This document shows positions 1 to 10,256 of a DNA stretch of 64,000 nucleotides, piece by piece; position 1 is the stretch's first letter, and the number at the start of each line of letters is the position of its first letter. The stretch lies in the NCBI GenBank assembly GCA_963693055.1, contig OY843751.1:6240001-6304000 (forward strand), in the 5' to 3' direction. This DNA comes from a bacterium (GTDB lineage Bacteria > Zhuqueibacterota > Zhuqueibacteria > Residuimicrobiales > Krinioviventaceae). Made by a program: the position numbers and the translations under genes. The notes under the pieces are model-generated. The model was not told where the DNA came from. It made no database searches and saw only the letters and a list, made by a program, of their open reading frames with translations.

Positions 1-275
1 ACACAAACTTGGAAATTGATGAGGGCGGAACGTACACATTCTACTTGAACTCTAACGATGGAAGCATGCTCTATATTGATGGCAAACTTGTTGTGGACAA
101 TGGTGGAGCGCACGGTTTGCAGGAACGGCAAGGGAATGTAATCCTGGAACCGGGTAAACACGCTATATTGATCCATTATTTTGATGGCGGCGGTAGCCAG
201 GCTTTTGAAATCTCTTATAAAGGCCCTGAACTGGAAAAACAATTGTTAAAACTTGATAAATTATTTGTGGATTGA
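1..275 (+). CDS. C-terminal PA14 domain of a larger protein, probably a glycoside hydrolase (5' end outside the window)
   Basis: The frame is open back to the window edge. PA14 motifs: GTYTFYLNSNDGSMLYIDGKLVVDNGGAHG and LEPGKHAILIHYFDGGG. Confidence 0.8.
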   Translation, partial: TNLEIDEGGTYTFYLNSNDGSMLYIDGKLVVDNGGAHGLQERQGNVILEPGKHAILIHYFDGGGSQAFEISYKGPELEKQLLKLDKLFVD

Positions 276-282
276 TCTTATT

Positions 283-312
283 TGCCCGGCACCTACAAGT
301 GCCGGGCATAAA
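283..312 (+). terminator. GC-rich stem-loop after the PA14 gene (probable terminator)
   Basis: TGCCCGGCAC (283-292) pairs with GTGCCGGGCA (299-308); no clear U-tract on the + strand. Confidence 0.5.
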
Positions 313-416
313 ATTGAATCTTGTATTAACTTGAAAGTGTAGATATTTTTTCATCCCAATCAAGTTCAACTTTTGGGAAATACCCTCACAAAAGCACGGA
401 GGCACTAAGGAAAAGA

Positions 417-1124
417 TTAAAAGTTGATGCCGATGGACGCATTCCAGGCCGTTCTTTTGTCCCATTTGGAAGTAGAATCTGTTTTGTTTATAGATTTTAA
501 CTCATTCCAGGAAGTGAGCTTGTAACTCATATACAGATATTTTACTCCTACAGAAAATATCAAATTAAAACTATCCATATCATAGAGACTTTAATAATTA
601 AGAGAGACAACGTTTGATCTTGGGTAATATGGTGAAAAAATCGCTATAGAATCACGACTAAAACTTCCTCCACGAAAATAATAATTTAATGAAAATCCTT
701 GTAAATAATATCCATTCTGTTCCAACGGCATAAATACTTTGGTATTAATGAAAACCGGCCAAACACCCAGCATTAAGCTGGTGTTTATGGTTTTATTATA
801 AACCCGGAGCCACTCTTTTTCCACATAAAGGGTCAATAAAGGTTATCCTCAACGCCAGCCCCATTTTGTAGTATCATTAATTTTGCGGGTATATTGAAAC
901 TGACCGATTTGACTTGCGAATCTTGGATAAAAATACACCTTTGATTTTTTCTCTCCATTTAAACTACTCATATAAAAAGGAATGTTAAAATGGCAATAAT
1001 AGGATGAACCTTTTTTTGCACGAAATCTATCTCCTCTTGGTTTTGTTTCTCCCTCATCAAAATCGGGTTTTGCAAACAGTATAAATGGTGTTATTATTAA
1101 AAGCGTCGAGTAGACAAATTTCAC
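417..1124 (-). pseudogene. Outer-membrane beta-barrel protein pseudogene with three in-frame stops
   Basis: GGAGG RBS and GTG start at 1124, signal-like MKFVYSTLLIITPFILFA. One frame of 236 codons ends ...TAWNASIGINF-TAA (417-419). Internal stops: TGA 849-851, TAA 843-845, TAA 591-593. Confidence 0.65.
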
Positions 1125-1209
1125 CCTGCCTCCCATAATAAATGTTTGTTTTTGGATGTTTATTATATGTAGACGAATCCCCAATGTTCCAAACGGGTGT
1201 TGATAAAGG

Positions 1210-1272
1210 CAGGATTTAAGAACAACCGGACGTTCGTGGCTCCCCAATCCATCTGGTCATCCTTAAATCCTG
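1210..1272. repeat. Imperfect intergenic inverted repeat (REP-like or terminator)
   Basis: CAGGATTTAAG (1210-1220) pairs with CTTAAATCCTG (1262-1272), with partial inner pairing, just downstream of the MFS gene. Confidence 0.5.
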
Positions 1273-1283
1273 TAAAGAAAAAG

Positions 1284-2870
1284 TTATTTTTTCATCCCCT
1301 TGATCATCCAGTTTTTGGCCATCCACAAAGCTAATGGAGAGATCATGGCAATAGCCGCATAGATCAGCCACATTTGTCCCGAGCGCGGTACAATGTCTGA
1401 ACCAGGTTTTGGGATATAGTTGGCTACAAAATAACCGGAATAGAGAGAGGTGATCAGTTTGGTGAGAAACCATGGAAACTGTCCAATTCCCATGTACGCA
1501 CCGGTTTTACCTTCGGGAGCAATATCAGCAATCCATTGCAAAAAGCGCGGCTGCCACATGGCTTCACCAATTGACATGATGACAATATAAATCACAAAAA
1601 AGATGGCCACAGGTCCTACTGCAAGTAAAAAGGTTGGCGCTGCCATTACCAGGGTGCCCCAAATCATCATTTTATAAACATCGGCTTTGGCTGTAAGACC
1701 CGCAATGATGGGGGTAAGCACAAAGATCATGATGGGATTCAGATTGGCAAGTATTTCAAAGTTGTTGCTGACCCAGGTGCCGGCAAAGGCGCGATCCAGA
1801 TAATAGGGAATTGTAAGCCAGTTGTGCGCAAAAAGTGTCTGCACGGGAATAAGGATAAAGATAAAGAATACCAACCGGGTATCACGAAAGGGGTGATCGG
1901 GACGATGACGTAGGTACTCCCAGGTACCGGCGACCAAGAGAATTCCAAACAATGTAGCAGTTATAATGATACTGCTTTTGAAACCTTTCATTAACGCGTT
2001 GATCATAAATCCAAGCGCAACGATATCCAGTCCAAATAAAAAGAATGCAGGCAGGTTGTTTATTTTTACTTTTGGCGTTTCAACAGGTGTCTCTTTTTCC
2101 TCTTTAGATTCAGACTTCATTTCGCTGTATTCACGCTTTGAGCGTTCGGCCGCTTCCTGATCCACTTTTTTAGTGGTAATTGCTAAAAACAAAAACAGAG
2201 AGAAAACCGTTAAACCAGTCAACAGCCAAAAGACAGCGGTCAGGCCATTGGGTGGAAAAGTGGTTTCAAATTTTTGTCGGGTAAATGAAGAAATCGGTCC
2301 GAAGACAAAAGCACCCAGGTTCATCAGGGCATACAGTACCGCGTAACCCATTGCAGAGGTTTGCGGATTGGTATAACGCTTAACACCTGCATAAGCTGCG
2401 GGTTGATAAAGACCGTACGCGGAAACCATTAATAATAATCCAGCGGACATGACCAGGAACATGGGCGAACCCATTCCACTGCCCAGGGGCATTGTGCCCG
2501 ATATGGATATCAGCAAACGTCCAATGGCCATAATAAAAAATGCCAAAGCCAGAGATACACGTACGCCAATCTTGTCAACTACACCGCCTAGTAACAGCAT
2601 AGCAAAGGTAATGCCGCCGGTCACACCGCCATATACCCATCCGGCTTGAACATCTGTTAATGCTACGTTTTCCGAGCAATATTTACCCAGAATGGTAAGC
2701 AAGCCAAAGTATACCAAGCCTTCAATAATATAGGGAATGTTGACTCCGTACAATGCGCGAGGTGCTTTTACAAAAGCAACCAGGGTTTCTGCCAGTTCGG
2801 AAAATGCTTCTTTGATGATTTGTGTGAATGATTTTTTCTCAGGTGTCCCGGGACTCACCGCTTCACTCAT
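1284..2870 (-). CDS. MFS transporter (POT/peptide transporter-like)
   Basis: About 14 hydrophobic segments; MFS motif A GGVVDKIGVRVSL; SIGEAMWQPR and APEGKTGAYMG motifs; GGAG RBS. Confidence 0.85.
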   Translation of the reverse strand: MSEAVSPGTPEKKSFTQIIKEAFSELAETLVAFVKAPRALYGVNIPYIIEGLVYFGLLTILGKYCSENVALTDVQAGWVYGGVTGGITFAMLLLGGVVDKIGVRVSLALAFFIMAIGRLLISISGTMPLGSGMGSPMFLVMSAGLLLMVSAYGLYQPAAYAGVKRYTNPQTSAMGYAVLYALMNLGAFVFGPISSFTRQKFETTFPPNGLTAVFWLLTGLTVFSLFLFLAITTKKVDQEAAERSKREYSEMKSESKEEKETPVETPKVKINNLPAFFLFGLDIVALGFMINALMKGFKSSIIITATLFGILLVAGTWEYLRHRPDHPFRDTRLVFFIFILIPVQTLFAHNWLTIPYYLDRAFAGTWVSNNFEILANLNPIMIFVLTPIIAGLTAKADVYKMMIWGTLVMAAPTFLLAVGPVAIFFVIYIVIMSIGEAMWQPRFLQWIADIAPEGKTGAYMGIGQFPWFLTKLITSLYSGYFVANYIPKPGSDIVPRSGQMWLIYAAIAMISPLALWMAKNWMIKGMKK

Positions 2871-2989
2871 TGAATAACTCCTTGTGCTGCAAAAAAGTAA
2901 AAAATTTGTCGAAAAATACCGGACAATTTACACTTTTTAAAACCTTTAATCAAGTGCTTTATCACAGCCATTCAAGAGTGTTGCAAAAT

Positions 2990-3021
2990 AAAAAAAGCGC
3001 AGGAATTTGATCCTGCGCTTT
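2990..3021 (-). terminator. Rho-independent terminator of the acetylesterase pair
   Basis: AAAGCGCAGGA / TCCTGCGCTTT stem with a T-tract on the minus strand. Confidence 0.8.
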
Positions 3022-3046
3022 CAATGTGTTTTATGTAAAAGTAATT

Positions 3047-5116
3047 TTATTTTTTACCCGCAGTGATTCCTTTCCAGGTATCTGTACGAAATGGCGATGC
3101 CGGCAGCCCGGCCTTGTTGTATAAATTGCAGCGGGGATTTGCCTGCCATGCGTAACGAACTGCAACAGGGTTAGCAACAGATGGACTCGAAACAACAACG
3201 GTTTCTCCATCAATAGCCGCATTGGCCCATACCCATTTTTTATCGTTGCCGGCAATAGCAAAGCCTTTTAACGCTCCGCCTTTTGCTTCGAGACCGCCAT
3301 CTACCTGGTCGAAGCTGATGCGGATTTTCCCTTCTTCCACAACAGAGGATTTATAAAGCGGGCCGCAAGGTACCACATCGGTTTTACCGTAAACGCTGTT
3401 CAGTGCGTTGAGTGCCAGCCGTTTGCCCACATCCTGTTTGTTTTTGGGATGAATGTCATCTGCATTACCAATGTCTATGGTTACCGCCATGCCGGTATTG
3501 GGCAGATCCAATGCCATGAGTTGAGCTTCGCGCAGCTCCGCCCAGTCATCATCTCCGGGTTGGTCTTTATAGGCCTTAAAGTTAGCGAGCTGTGTAAACA
3601 TAAAGGGGAAATCACCTTGTCCCCATAATGAACGCCAATCCTGTATCATGGTTTTGAAAAGATCGCGGTACTGGTATGCGCGTCCTGCATTGGATTCACC
3701 CTGGTACCAGATAGCGCCTTGAATGGCAAAAGGGGCCAACGGATGGAGCATACCGTTATAAAGTACGCTGAGGCGGTTCGGGCTTTCAGGGGATTGCGGC
3801 TGCGGAGGTACAGAAGCCATTTCTAGTCCGGTTTTATACTTCCAGAGGCCATCCAGACGAATGGGGTTGCCGCTTGCCGGGAAAAGTTTCATCTCGTTAG
3901 CCGTACCCCAGAGGCCACCATTACCGCCAATATCCAAAACCTGTACAGCAATTACGTTTTTCCCTGCTTTGAGAACTGACGCGGGTATAGTGTATACTCT
4001 TTTAAGGTCATGTGCCCGTAATGAACCGATTTGGGTACCATTTACCAGCGTTATGTCAATATCATTTATCGGCCCCAGATGGATTTCAGCATCAGCTTCT
4101 GCTTGTGCCGCTGTCAGATTGATTTCTTTACGAAACCATACTATACCATCAAAGCCTTCTAATCCTGCTTTTTCCCATAATACGGGCAGGTTCATGTAAT
4201 TCCAAGAACGTGTATCCAGATCCGGGCTGTCCCATTTCGGGCCGTTACCCTGAGTTTTTTGAATCATGGCATCTAAATTATCGTTCCATTTTTGCAGGTC
4301 ACGTTCATATTTTTGCATTTGTGCTTCAAAACTCTGATCAACTTCTTCCTGAGTTAAATTGATGCGATCTTTAAAGTCTGGTAATGTTGCAAGTGCTTCC
4401 GCACTGGTCCATGCTTCAGCGGGAGTTCCGCCCCATGAGGTATGGATTAACCCAATGGGAATATCCAGATTTTGATTCAGGTGACGTCCGAAAAAGTAGG
4501 CTGTTGCTGAAAAGTAGGGGATATTCTCCGGAGAACATTCTACCCATCCATCGCTTATGATGTCTGTTTGCGGCAAGTTTTTTATTGCGTGGGCAACGCT
4601 TAGCAATCGTATATTGGGGTGGTTGGCGTTTGCAATTTCCTGTTCAAAATTCAGGATCTCACCCCAGCCAGCCAACGGCATTTCCATATTGGATTGGCCT
4701 GAGCAAACCCATACTTCACCTACCATAACATTGTCAAATACCAGCGTTTCTTTGCCTTGAATCTCTACGGTATAAGGACCACCATAAGATTCAAACGCCG
4801 GAAAATCTATGCGCCAGGTACTGTCTTCAGCAACTGTTACACTTGCTTTCTGATCATTGATTTGAATTGTAACAATACCGCCCGGACTGGCAGTACCCCA
4901 AAAGGGGACAGGTATTCCTTGTTGCAACACCATGTTGCTGCTGAACATGGCGGGCATTTGTATGTTTTCAGCCGGTTTCTGTAACAGAGAACAGCCAACA
5001 AAATAACCAGAAAAGGCTATTAATAGAGCAGTTACATTGAACCAGGATAATACTTTTTTATTAATTCTCAAGAATGATTTTTCCCTTTGTGAATTAGATT
5101 TGATCGTTTCTCTCAT
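3047..5116 (-). CDS. Sialate O-acetylesterase (SASA/SGNH) with inserted beta-sandwich domain, lipoprotein, copy B
   Basis: VGEVWVCSGQSNME, WGGTPAEAW, WYQGESN and DIHPKNK motifs; lipobox-like FVGC; AAGGAG RBS. Confidence 0.9.
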   Translation of the reverse strand: MRETIKSNSQREKSFLRINKKVLSWFNVTALLIAFSGYFVGCSLLQKPAENIQMPAMFSSNMVLQQGIPVPFWGTASPGGIVTIQINDQKASVTVAEDSTWRIDFPAFESYGGPYTVEIQGKETLVFDNVMVGEVWVCSGQSNMEMPLAGWGEILNFEQEIANANHPNIRLLSVAHAIKNLPQTDIISDGWVECSPENIPYFSATAYFFGRHLNQNLDIPIGLIHTSWGGTPAEAWTSAEALATLPDFKDRINLTQEEVDQSFEAQMQKYERDLQKWNDNLDAMIQKTQGNGPKWDSPDLDTRSWNYMNLPVLWEKAGLEGFDGIVWFRKEINLTAAQAEADAEIHLGPINDIDITLVNGTQIGSLRAHDLKRVYTIPASVLKAGKNVIAVQVLDIGGNGGLWGTANEMKLFPASGNPIRLDGLWKYKTGLEMASVPPQPQSPESPNRLSVLYNGMLHPLAPFAIQGAIWYQGESNAGRAYQYRDLFKTMIQDWRSLWGQGDFPFMFTQLANFKAYKDQPGDDDWAELREAQLMALDLPNTGMAVTIDIGNADDIHPKNKQDVGKRLALNALNSVYGKTDVVPCGPLYKSSVVEEGKIRISFDQVDGGLEAKGGALKGFAIAGNDKKWVWANAAIDGETVVVSSPSVANPVAVRYAWQANPRCNLYNKAGLPASPFRTDTWKGITAGKK

Positions 5117-5187
5117 CAAAAACTCCTTGAGTTGTTAAGTTGTTTTATGTCTATAATGACTGCAAAAATTCTCTATTATTTAAAATG

Positions 5188-7191
5188 CTATTTTTTACCT
5201 GCGGTAATTCCTTTCCAGTTATCTGTGCGGAATGGCGATGCTGGCAGTCCGGCCTTGTTATACAAATTACAGCGGGGATTGCTCTGCCATGCGTAACGTA
5301 CGGCAACGGGGTTAGCAACAGATGGACTCGAAACAACAACGGTTTCTCCATCAATAGCCGCATTGGCCCATACCCATTTTTTATCGTTGCCGGCAATAGC
5401 AAAGCCTTTTAACGCTCCGCCTTTTGCTTCGAGACCGCCATCTACCTGGTCGAAGCTGATACGGATTTTACCATCTTCCACAGTAGATGATTTATAAAGC
5501 GGACCGCAAGGTACCACATCGGTTTTGCCGTAAACGCTGTTCAGAGCATTGAGTGCAAGCCGTTTGCCTACATCCTGTTTGTTTTTGGGATGAATGTCGT
5601 CTGCGTTACCAATATCTATAGTAATAGCCATACCGGTATTGGGAAGATCCAATGCCATGAGTTGAGCTTCGCGCAGCTCGGCCCATTCATCTTCACCGGG
5701 CTGGTCTTTATAGGCTTTGTAATTGGCCAGCTGTGTGAAAATAAAGGGAAAGTCTCCCTGGTTCCATTTTGATCGCCAATCCTGTATCATGGTTTTGAAA
5801 AGATCGCGGTACTGGTATGCACGTCCTGCATTGGATTCACCCTGGTACCAGATAGCGCCGCGAATTGCAAAGGGAACCAACGGATGGATCATACCATTAT
5901 AAAGTACACTGAGCCGGTGCGGGCTTTGGGGGGATTGCGGCTGCGGAGGTATAGATGCCATTTCAAGGCCAACTTTATACTTCCAGAGTCCATCTAAGCG
6001 AATAGGACTACCGCTGCCGGGAACCAGTTTCATTTCTTGTGGGGAACCCCAAATGCCGCCTCCGCCACCGGTATCCAGTACCTGGATGGCTATTAGATTT
6101 TTTCCGGCTTTTAGAACGGATGCAGGTATCGAATATATCCGTTTTGCATTATAGGTTCCGGTAGTTCCAATCTGGGTGCCGTTAATAAAGGTAATATCAA
6201 CATCATCAATGGGTCCCAGCTGTATTTCGGCATCTGTCCTGGCCTGCTCTGCAGACAAACTGATTTCTTTGTGGAACCAGACAATACCGTCAAAATTTTC
6301 AAGTCCTGCTTTTTCCCACAGCACGGGCAGGTTCATATAATTCCATGAGCGAGTATCCAGATCCGGGCTTTGCCAGTCGGGACCATTGCCCTGGGTCTCG
6401 TGGATGATGGCTTCAATACGTGCGTTCCAATTTTGCATGTCACGTTCATATTTTTGCATTTGTGCTTCAAAACTCTGATCTACTTCTGCCTGGGTCAAGT
6501 TGACGCGATCTTTAAAATCGGGCAATGTTGCAAGTGATGCTGCACTGGTCCATGCTTCAGCAAGAGTGCCACCCCAGGAGCTATGAATAAGCCCAATGGG
6601 AATATCGAGATTCTGGTTCAGATGCCGTCCGAAAAAATAGGCTGTTGCAGAAAATTCCGGTATAGTCTGTGGAGAGCATTCTACCCAGCCATCACTGACA
6701 ATATTGGTTTGTGGCGTATTTTTCATTGTGCGGGCTACGGTGAGCAATCGGATGTTTGGGTGGTTGGCGTTTGTAATTTCCTGCTCAAAGTTCAGGATTT
6801 TACCCCAGCCTGCCAGTGGCATTTCCATGTTGGACTGACCTGAACAAAGCCAGACTTCACCTACCATTACATTTTCAAGAACCAAAGATTCTTTACCTTT
6901 AATCTCTACGGTATATGGGCCACCATATGATTCAAACGCCGGGAAATCAATTCGCCAGGTGCTGTCTTCCGTAACGGTTGCTTTTGCTTCCAGATCATTG
7001 ATTTTGATTGTAACGGTACCACCCGGGCTGGCAGTACCCCAAAAGGGGACAGGTATACCTTGCTGCAACACCATGTTGCTGCTAAACATGGCAGGCATTT
7101 GAATGTTTTCAGCCGGTTTGATAAATAGAGAACAACCAATAAATCCAACCCAAAAAACAATTACAAGGATCAACGTACATTTTTTGATCAT
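5188..7191 (-). CDS. Sialate O-acetylesterase (SASA/SGNH), lipoprotein, copy A
   Basis: Same motifs as the adjacent paralog; AGGAGG RBS before the ATG at 7191; lipobox-like FIGC. Confidence 0.9.
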   Translation of the reverse strand: MIKKCTLILVIVFWVGFIGCSLFIKPAENIQMPAMFSSNMVLQQGIPVPFWGTASPGGTVTIKINDLEAKATVTEDSTWRIDFPAFESYGGPYTVEIKGKESLVLENVMVGEVWLCSGQSNMEMPLAGWGKILNFEQEITNANHPNIRLLTVARTMKNTPQTNIVSDGWVECSPQTIPEFSATAYFFGRHLNQNLDIPIGLIHSSWGGTLAEAWTSAASLATLPDFKDRVNLTQAEVDQSFEAQMQKYERDMQNWNARIEAIIHETQGNGPDWQSPDLDTRSWNYMNLPVLWEKAGLENFDGIVWFHKEISLSAEQARTDAEIQLGPIDDVDITFINGTQIGTTGTYNAKRIYSIPASVLKAGKNLIAIQVLDTGGGGGIWGSPQEMKLVPGSGSPIRLDGLWKYKVGLEMASIPPQPQSPQSPHRLSVLYNGMIHPLVPFAIRGAIWYQGESNAGRAYQYRDLFKTMIQDWRSKWNQGDFPFIFTQLANYKAYKDQPGEDEWAELREAQLMALDLPNTGMAITIDIGNADDIHPKNKQDVGKRLALNALNSVYGKTDVVPCGPLYKSSTVEDGKIRISFDQVDGGLEAKGGALKGFAIAGNDKKWVWANAAIDGETVVVSSPSVANPVAVRYAWQSNPRCNLYNKAGLPASPFRTDNWKGITAGKK

Positions 7192-7362
7192 GTTGCCCCT
7201 CCTGTAAAAGATAAGTATATAAAATATAGTAATATATTTATGTGTGAAAAACAATTAAATTTTATAATGATAACGGATTAAGAGCCCTTTTTAGTTGTCT
7301 TTGCAGAAAAAAATTTCTAATTTATACCGATTTATCTGCAAACACGAGTTAGAGGAGATTGA

Positions 7363-7941
7363 ATGCTTCAAGTCTACAAAAATACCAAAGGACTGATTTT
7401 TGACTGTGACGGAACCCTTGCGGATACAATGCCGTTGCACTGGCAGGCCTGGCGCGATGCATTTAAAGCATACGGAGCTGAATGTCCCCTGGAATTTTTA
7501 CGGGAACTGGGTGGAATTCCCGCACCGCAGATTGTACAGCTTTTTAACAACCGGTTTGAACATAATCTGGATGTTGATGTGGTAGCACGGGAAAAAAACA
7601 ACCTGGTAAAACAAAAGTTACTGCAGGCCAAACCCTTTGAGCCTGTTACCCAAATTGTCAAGAATTATAAAGGTGTTCTTCCCATGGTTGTGGCCTCTGG
7701 GGGTACACGAGTAAATGTTGAAAATATCATCAAAGCCATTGGCTTGCTGGGCTATTTTGACGTCATTATTACCGCAGATGATGATGTTGAACCCAAACCC
7801 TCTCCCGATATATTTCTGGCTGCCGCCAAGGCCATTGATGTAAAACCCCGTGCGTGTCAGGTTTTTGAAGATGGAGTTGCCGGTATTGAAGCGGCTGAAA
7901 AAGCAGGTATGGTGGTTGTCGATGTTAGACCGTATGTTTAA
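7363..7941 (+). CDS. HAD-family sugar phosphatase (YqaB/beta-phosphoglucomutase-like)
   Basis: FDCDGTLADT, KPSPDIFL and VFEDGVAGIEAA motifs; AGGAG RBS. Confidence 0.9.
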   Translation: MLQVYKNTKGLIFDCDGTLADTMPLHWQAWRDAFKAYGAECPLEFLRELGGIPAPQIVQLFNNRFEHNLDVDVVAREKNNLVKQKLLQAKPFEPVTQIVKNYKGVLPMVVASGGTRVNVENIIKAIGLLGYFDVIITADDDVEPKPSPDIFLAAAKAIDVKPRACQVFEDGVAGIEAAEKAGMVVVDVRPYV

Positions 7942-7961
7942 TTCATGCATTTAAGGATATT

Positions 7962-8420
7962 ATGATAAAGTCAGTTGACCATATCAATATAGTTGTTTCA
8001 GACCTTGAGCGTTCTGTTGATTTTTATACCCGCATTTTGGGATTTATTGAGAAAAAAAGAGCCCATCTTGAAGGGGAATGGATTGATAAGGTGGTTAGCC
8101 TGGGAGGTGTAGAGGCGGATGTAGCCTATATCACCGCGCCGGCTGGAGAACCCCGAATTGAGCTGCTGTGTTACAAGAACCCCAAAGGGCAAAGTATTGC
8201 AGAAAATTCCGTACCAAATACACATGGATTGCGACATATTGCTTTCAAGGTGGAAAATCTAAAAGCTTTTGCTGAAAAATTGCAAAAGGAAGGTGTGAGT
8301 ACATTTGGCGAGCCTGTTAAAGTACCAGCAAATGCAGTGAAACATGATGATGGGGAAAAAACACTGCTTTATTTTCTGGACCCCGATGGTGTAGTTTTGG
8401 AATTGGCCGAGTATTCCTGA
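7962..8420 (+). CDS. VOC/glyoxalase family protein
   Basis: DHINIVVSDLERSVDFY, GLRHIAFKV and YFLDPDGVVLELAE motifs. Confidence 0.9.
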   Translation: MIKSVDHINIVVSDLERSVDFYTRILGFIEKKRAHLEGEWIDKVVSLGGVEADVAYITAPAGEPRIELLCYKNPKGQSIAENSVPNTHGLRHIAFKVENLKAFAEKLQKEGVSTFGEPVKVPANAVKHDDGEKTLLYFLDPDGVVLELAEYS

Positions 8421-8445
8421 TTTTGAATTTTTTTAAGAGGTTGTT

Positions 8446-9654
8446 TTGAAAAAAGTTTTGGCAGAAACCATTTTTGTAATACTATTGGTATGCTTGTTTG
8501 GGCAGATTACACCGGTTTTTTCTCAAGACGATTCGATGATTGAGCGGGCTTTGAGCGATCTGGATTCTGACTGGCGAACTAAAATTGTTGAAGGGTTATT
8601 CGGTACCTCCATATCAGGTCAATGGTTTTTGACCTGGCACGGCGGAGATACAGATGATGGTCCCTTTAATGAATTCGGTTTAAAACGCGGTTATATTGAC
8701 ATAAAAAAGACCTTTTCTGAACACCTTTCCGGTAGAATTACACCGGATATTTCAGTGGATAAGGAAGGTGACGGCCGGGGTGATATTGAAATGCGTTTGA
8801 AATATTGTTATATTAAATATACTTTTGACCGTGTTGGTATGTTTTCCAAGCCCTCTGTTGAATTCGGGCTGGTGCATCGTCCATGGATAGATTTTGAGCA
8901 AAGTATAAATAAATATCGTGTGCAGGGACAAATGTTCCTTGAGCGAGAAGATATTGTCAATTCAGCGGACTATGGCATTCAATTTATGACACTGTTGGGT
9001 GGTGAACTGGACAAGAATTATCAAAAACTGGTGAACAAGAAAAATGCCGGTAAATATGGCAGTTTTGCTATGGGTATTTATAATGGTGGTGGATACCATG
9101 CGGTTGAGGAAAATGAAAACAAGACCTTTGAATGGCGGCTAACCTTGCGTCCACTCCCCAGGCACCTGACCGGACTCCAGTTCAGCTGGCACGGGGGGAT
9201 TGGTAAGGGTAATACAAAAGCGGCCCACGATTGGCAAATGCAGTCCGGATTTGTCTCGTACGAGAACCAACACCTGGTTCTGACCGGCAGCTATTACACC
9301 GGTACCGGTAATTATGAAGGAACACATGTGAATCCGATCATGACCGATGAAGGGTATGAGATTTGGTTAGATTGGGGACAGCCTATTGAACAAAATGGAA
9401 ATTCTGCATTTATCGAGTTCAAAGTTCCTGAAACCAAATGGAGTTTAATTGGTCGTCATGATGCGCTGGAAAAGGAGTGGATTTATGGAATCCAGACCAC
9501 TGAACGTTATATTGCCGGTATCGCTTATCGTTTTTTACCCGGCTGCAAACTGCTATTAGATTGTGATTATACATCCAGCGATATTCCTGTATGGAATGGA
9601 TGTGAATCATCAAAAACCAAGATTTTTGAACTGGCAACAGAAGTTGTCTTTTAA
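8446..9654 (+). CDS. Outer-membrane porin-like beta-barrel protein
   Basis: Signal peptide; amphipathic strands (FGLKRGYIDIKK, RLKYCYIKY); C-terminal Phe. Confidence 0.7.
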   Translation: MKKVLAETIFVILLVCLFGQITPVFSQDDSMIERALSDLDSDWRTKIVEGLFGTSISGQWFLTWHGGDTDDGPFNEFGLKRGYIDIKKTFSEHLSGRITPDISVDKEGDGRGDIEMRLKYCYIKYTFDRVGMFSKPSVEFGLVHRPWIDFEQSINKYRVQGQMFLEREDIVNSADYGIQFMTLLGGELDKNYQKLVNKKNAGKYGSFAMGIYNGGGYHAVEENENKTFEWRLTLRPLPRHLTGLQFSWHGGIGKGNTKAAHDWQMQSGFVSYENQHLVLTGSYYTGTGNYEGTHVNPIMTDEGYEIWLDWGQPIEQNGNSAFIEFKVPETKWSLIGRHDALEKEWIYGIQTTERYIAGIAYRFLPGCKLLLDCDYTSSDIPVWNGCESSKTKIFELATEVVF

Positions 9655-9668
9655 CAAGGATATAATCC

Positions 9669-10256
9669 ATTTTAGAGATTAAAGATTTTACATATTTCAA
9701 GATATCTCCTGTATCCCTGTCCCTTGCTGAAGGACAATGCCTTGGAATAAGCGGTCCTTCCGGCAGCGGCAAGTCGCTTTTTCTTCGTGCGTTGATCAAT
9801 TTTGAGGATTTTACCGGCACTATTACTCTGCAAGACCGGAATATTTGTGATTTTAAACCCCATGAATGGCGAAAAAAAGTAGGGCTGCTGCCTGCCGAAA
9901 GCCAATGGTGGTACGATCAGGTAGGCGACCATTTTTATCGGGATGTGGATATTGAATCCGTTGGGCTGGCTGCGGATGTGATGGATTGGCCCATTAACCG
10001 GCTTTCAAGCGGAGAAAAACAACGTTTGGCATTACTGCGTCTGCTGCAAAACAAACCGCAAATACTGTTGCTTGATGAGCCCACTGCCAATCTGGATCCT
10101 GATCATACCGGCAAGGTAGAGCAATTGTTAAAATCCTATGTACAATCACAGGGTGCGGCTATGATATGGGTCAGTCACGATCTTGCGCAATTACAGCGTA
10201 TGGCAGATCCCATCTTTCGAATTGAGAATGAACGGTTCGAGAGGATGAGCATATGA
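9669..10256 (+). CDS. fetA: ABC transporter ATP-binding protein, FetA/YbbL-like (probable ATT start)
   Basis: Walker A GPSGSGKS lies in frame upstream of the track's TTG start; LSSGEKQRLAL and LLLDEPT motifs; AAGGA RBS 8 nt before ATT at 9669; adjacent to fetB. Confidence 0.75.
   Translation: MLEIKDFTYFKISPVSLSLAEGQCLGISGPSGSGKSLFLRALINFEDFTGTITLQDRNICDFKPHEWRKKVGLLPAESQWWYDQVGDHFYRDVDIESVGLAADVMDWPINRLSSGEKQRLALLRLLQNKPQILLLDEPTANLDPDHTGKVEQLLKSYVQSQGAAMIWVSHDLAQLQRMADPIFRIENERFERMSI

Noticed and set aside
843-851. Selenocysteine or stop-codon recoding as the explanation for the in-frame stops in the OMP gene
   Set aside because: Two of the three stops are TAA, and TAA and TGA end normal genes throughout the window.
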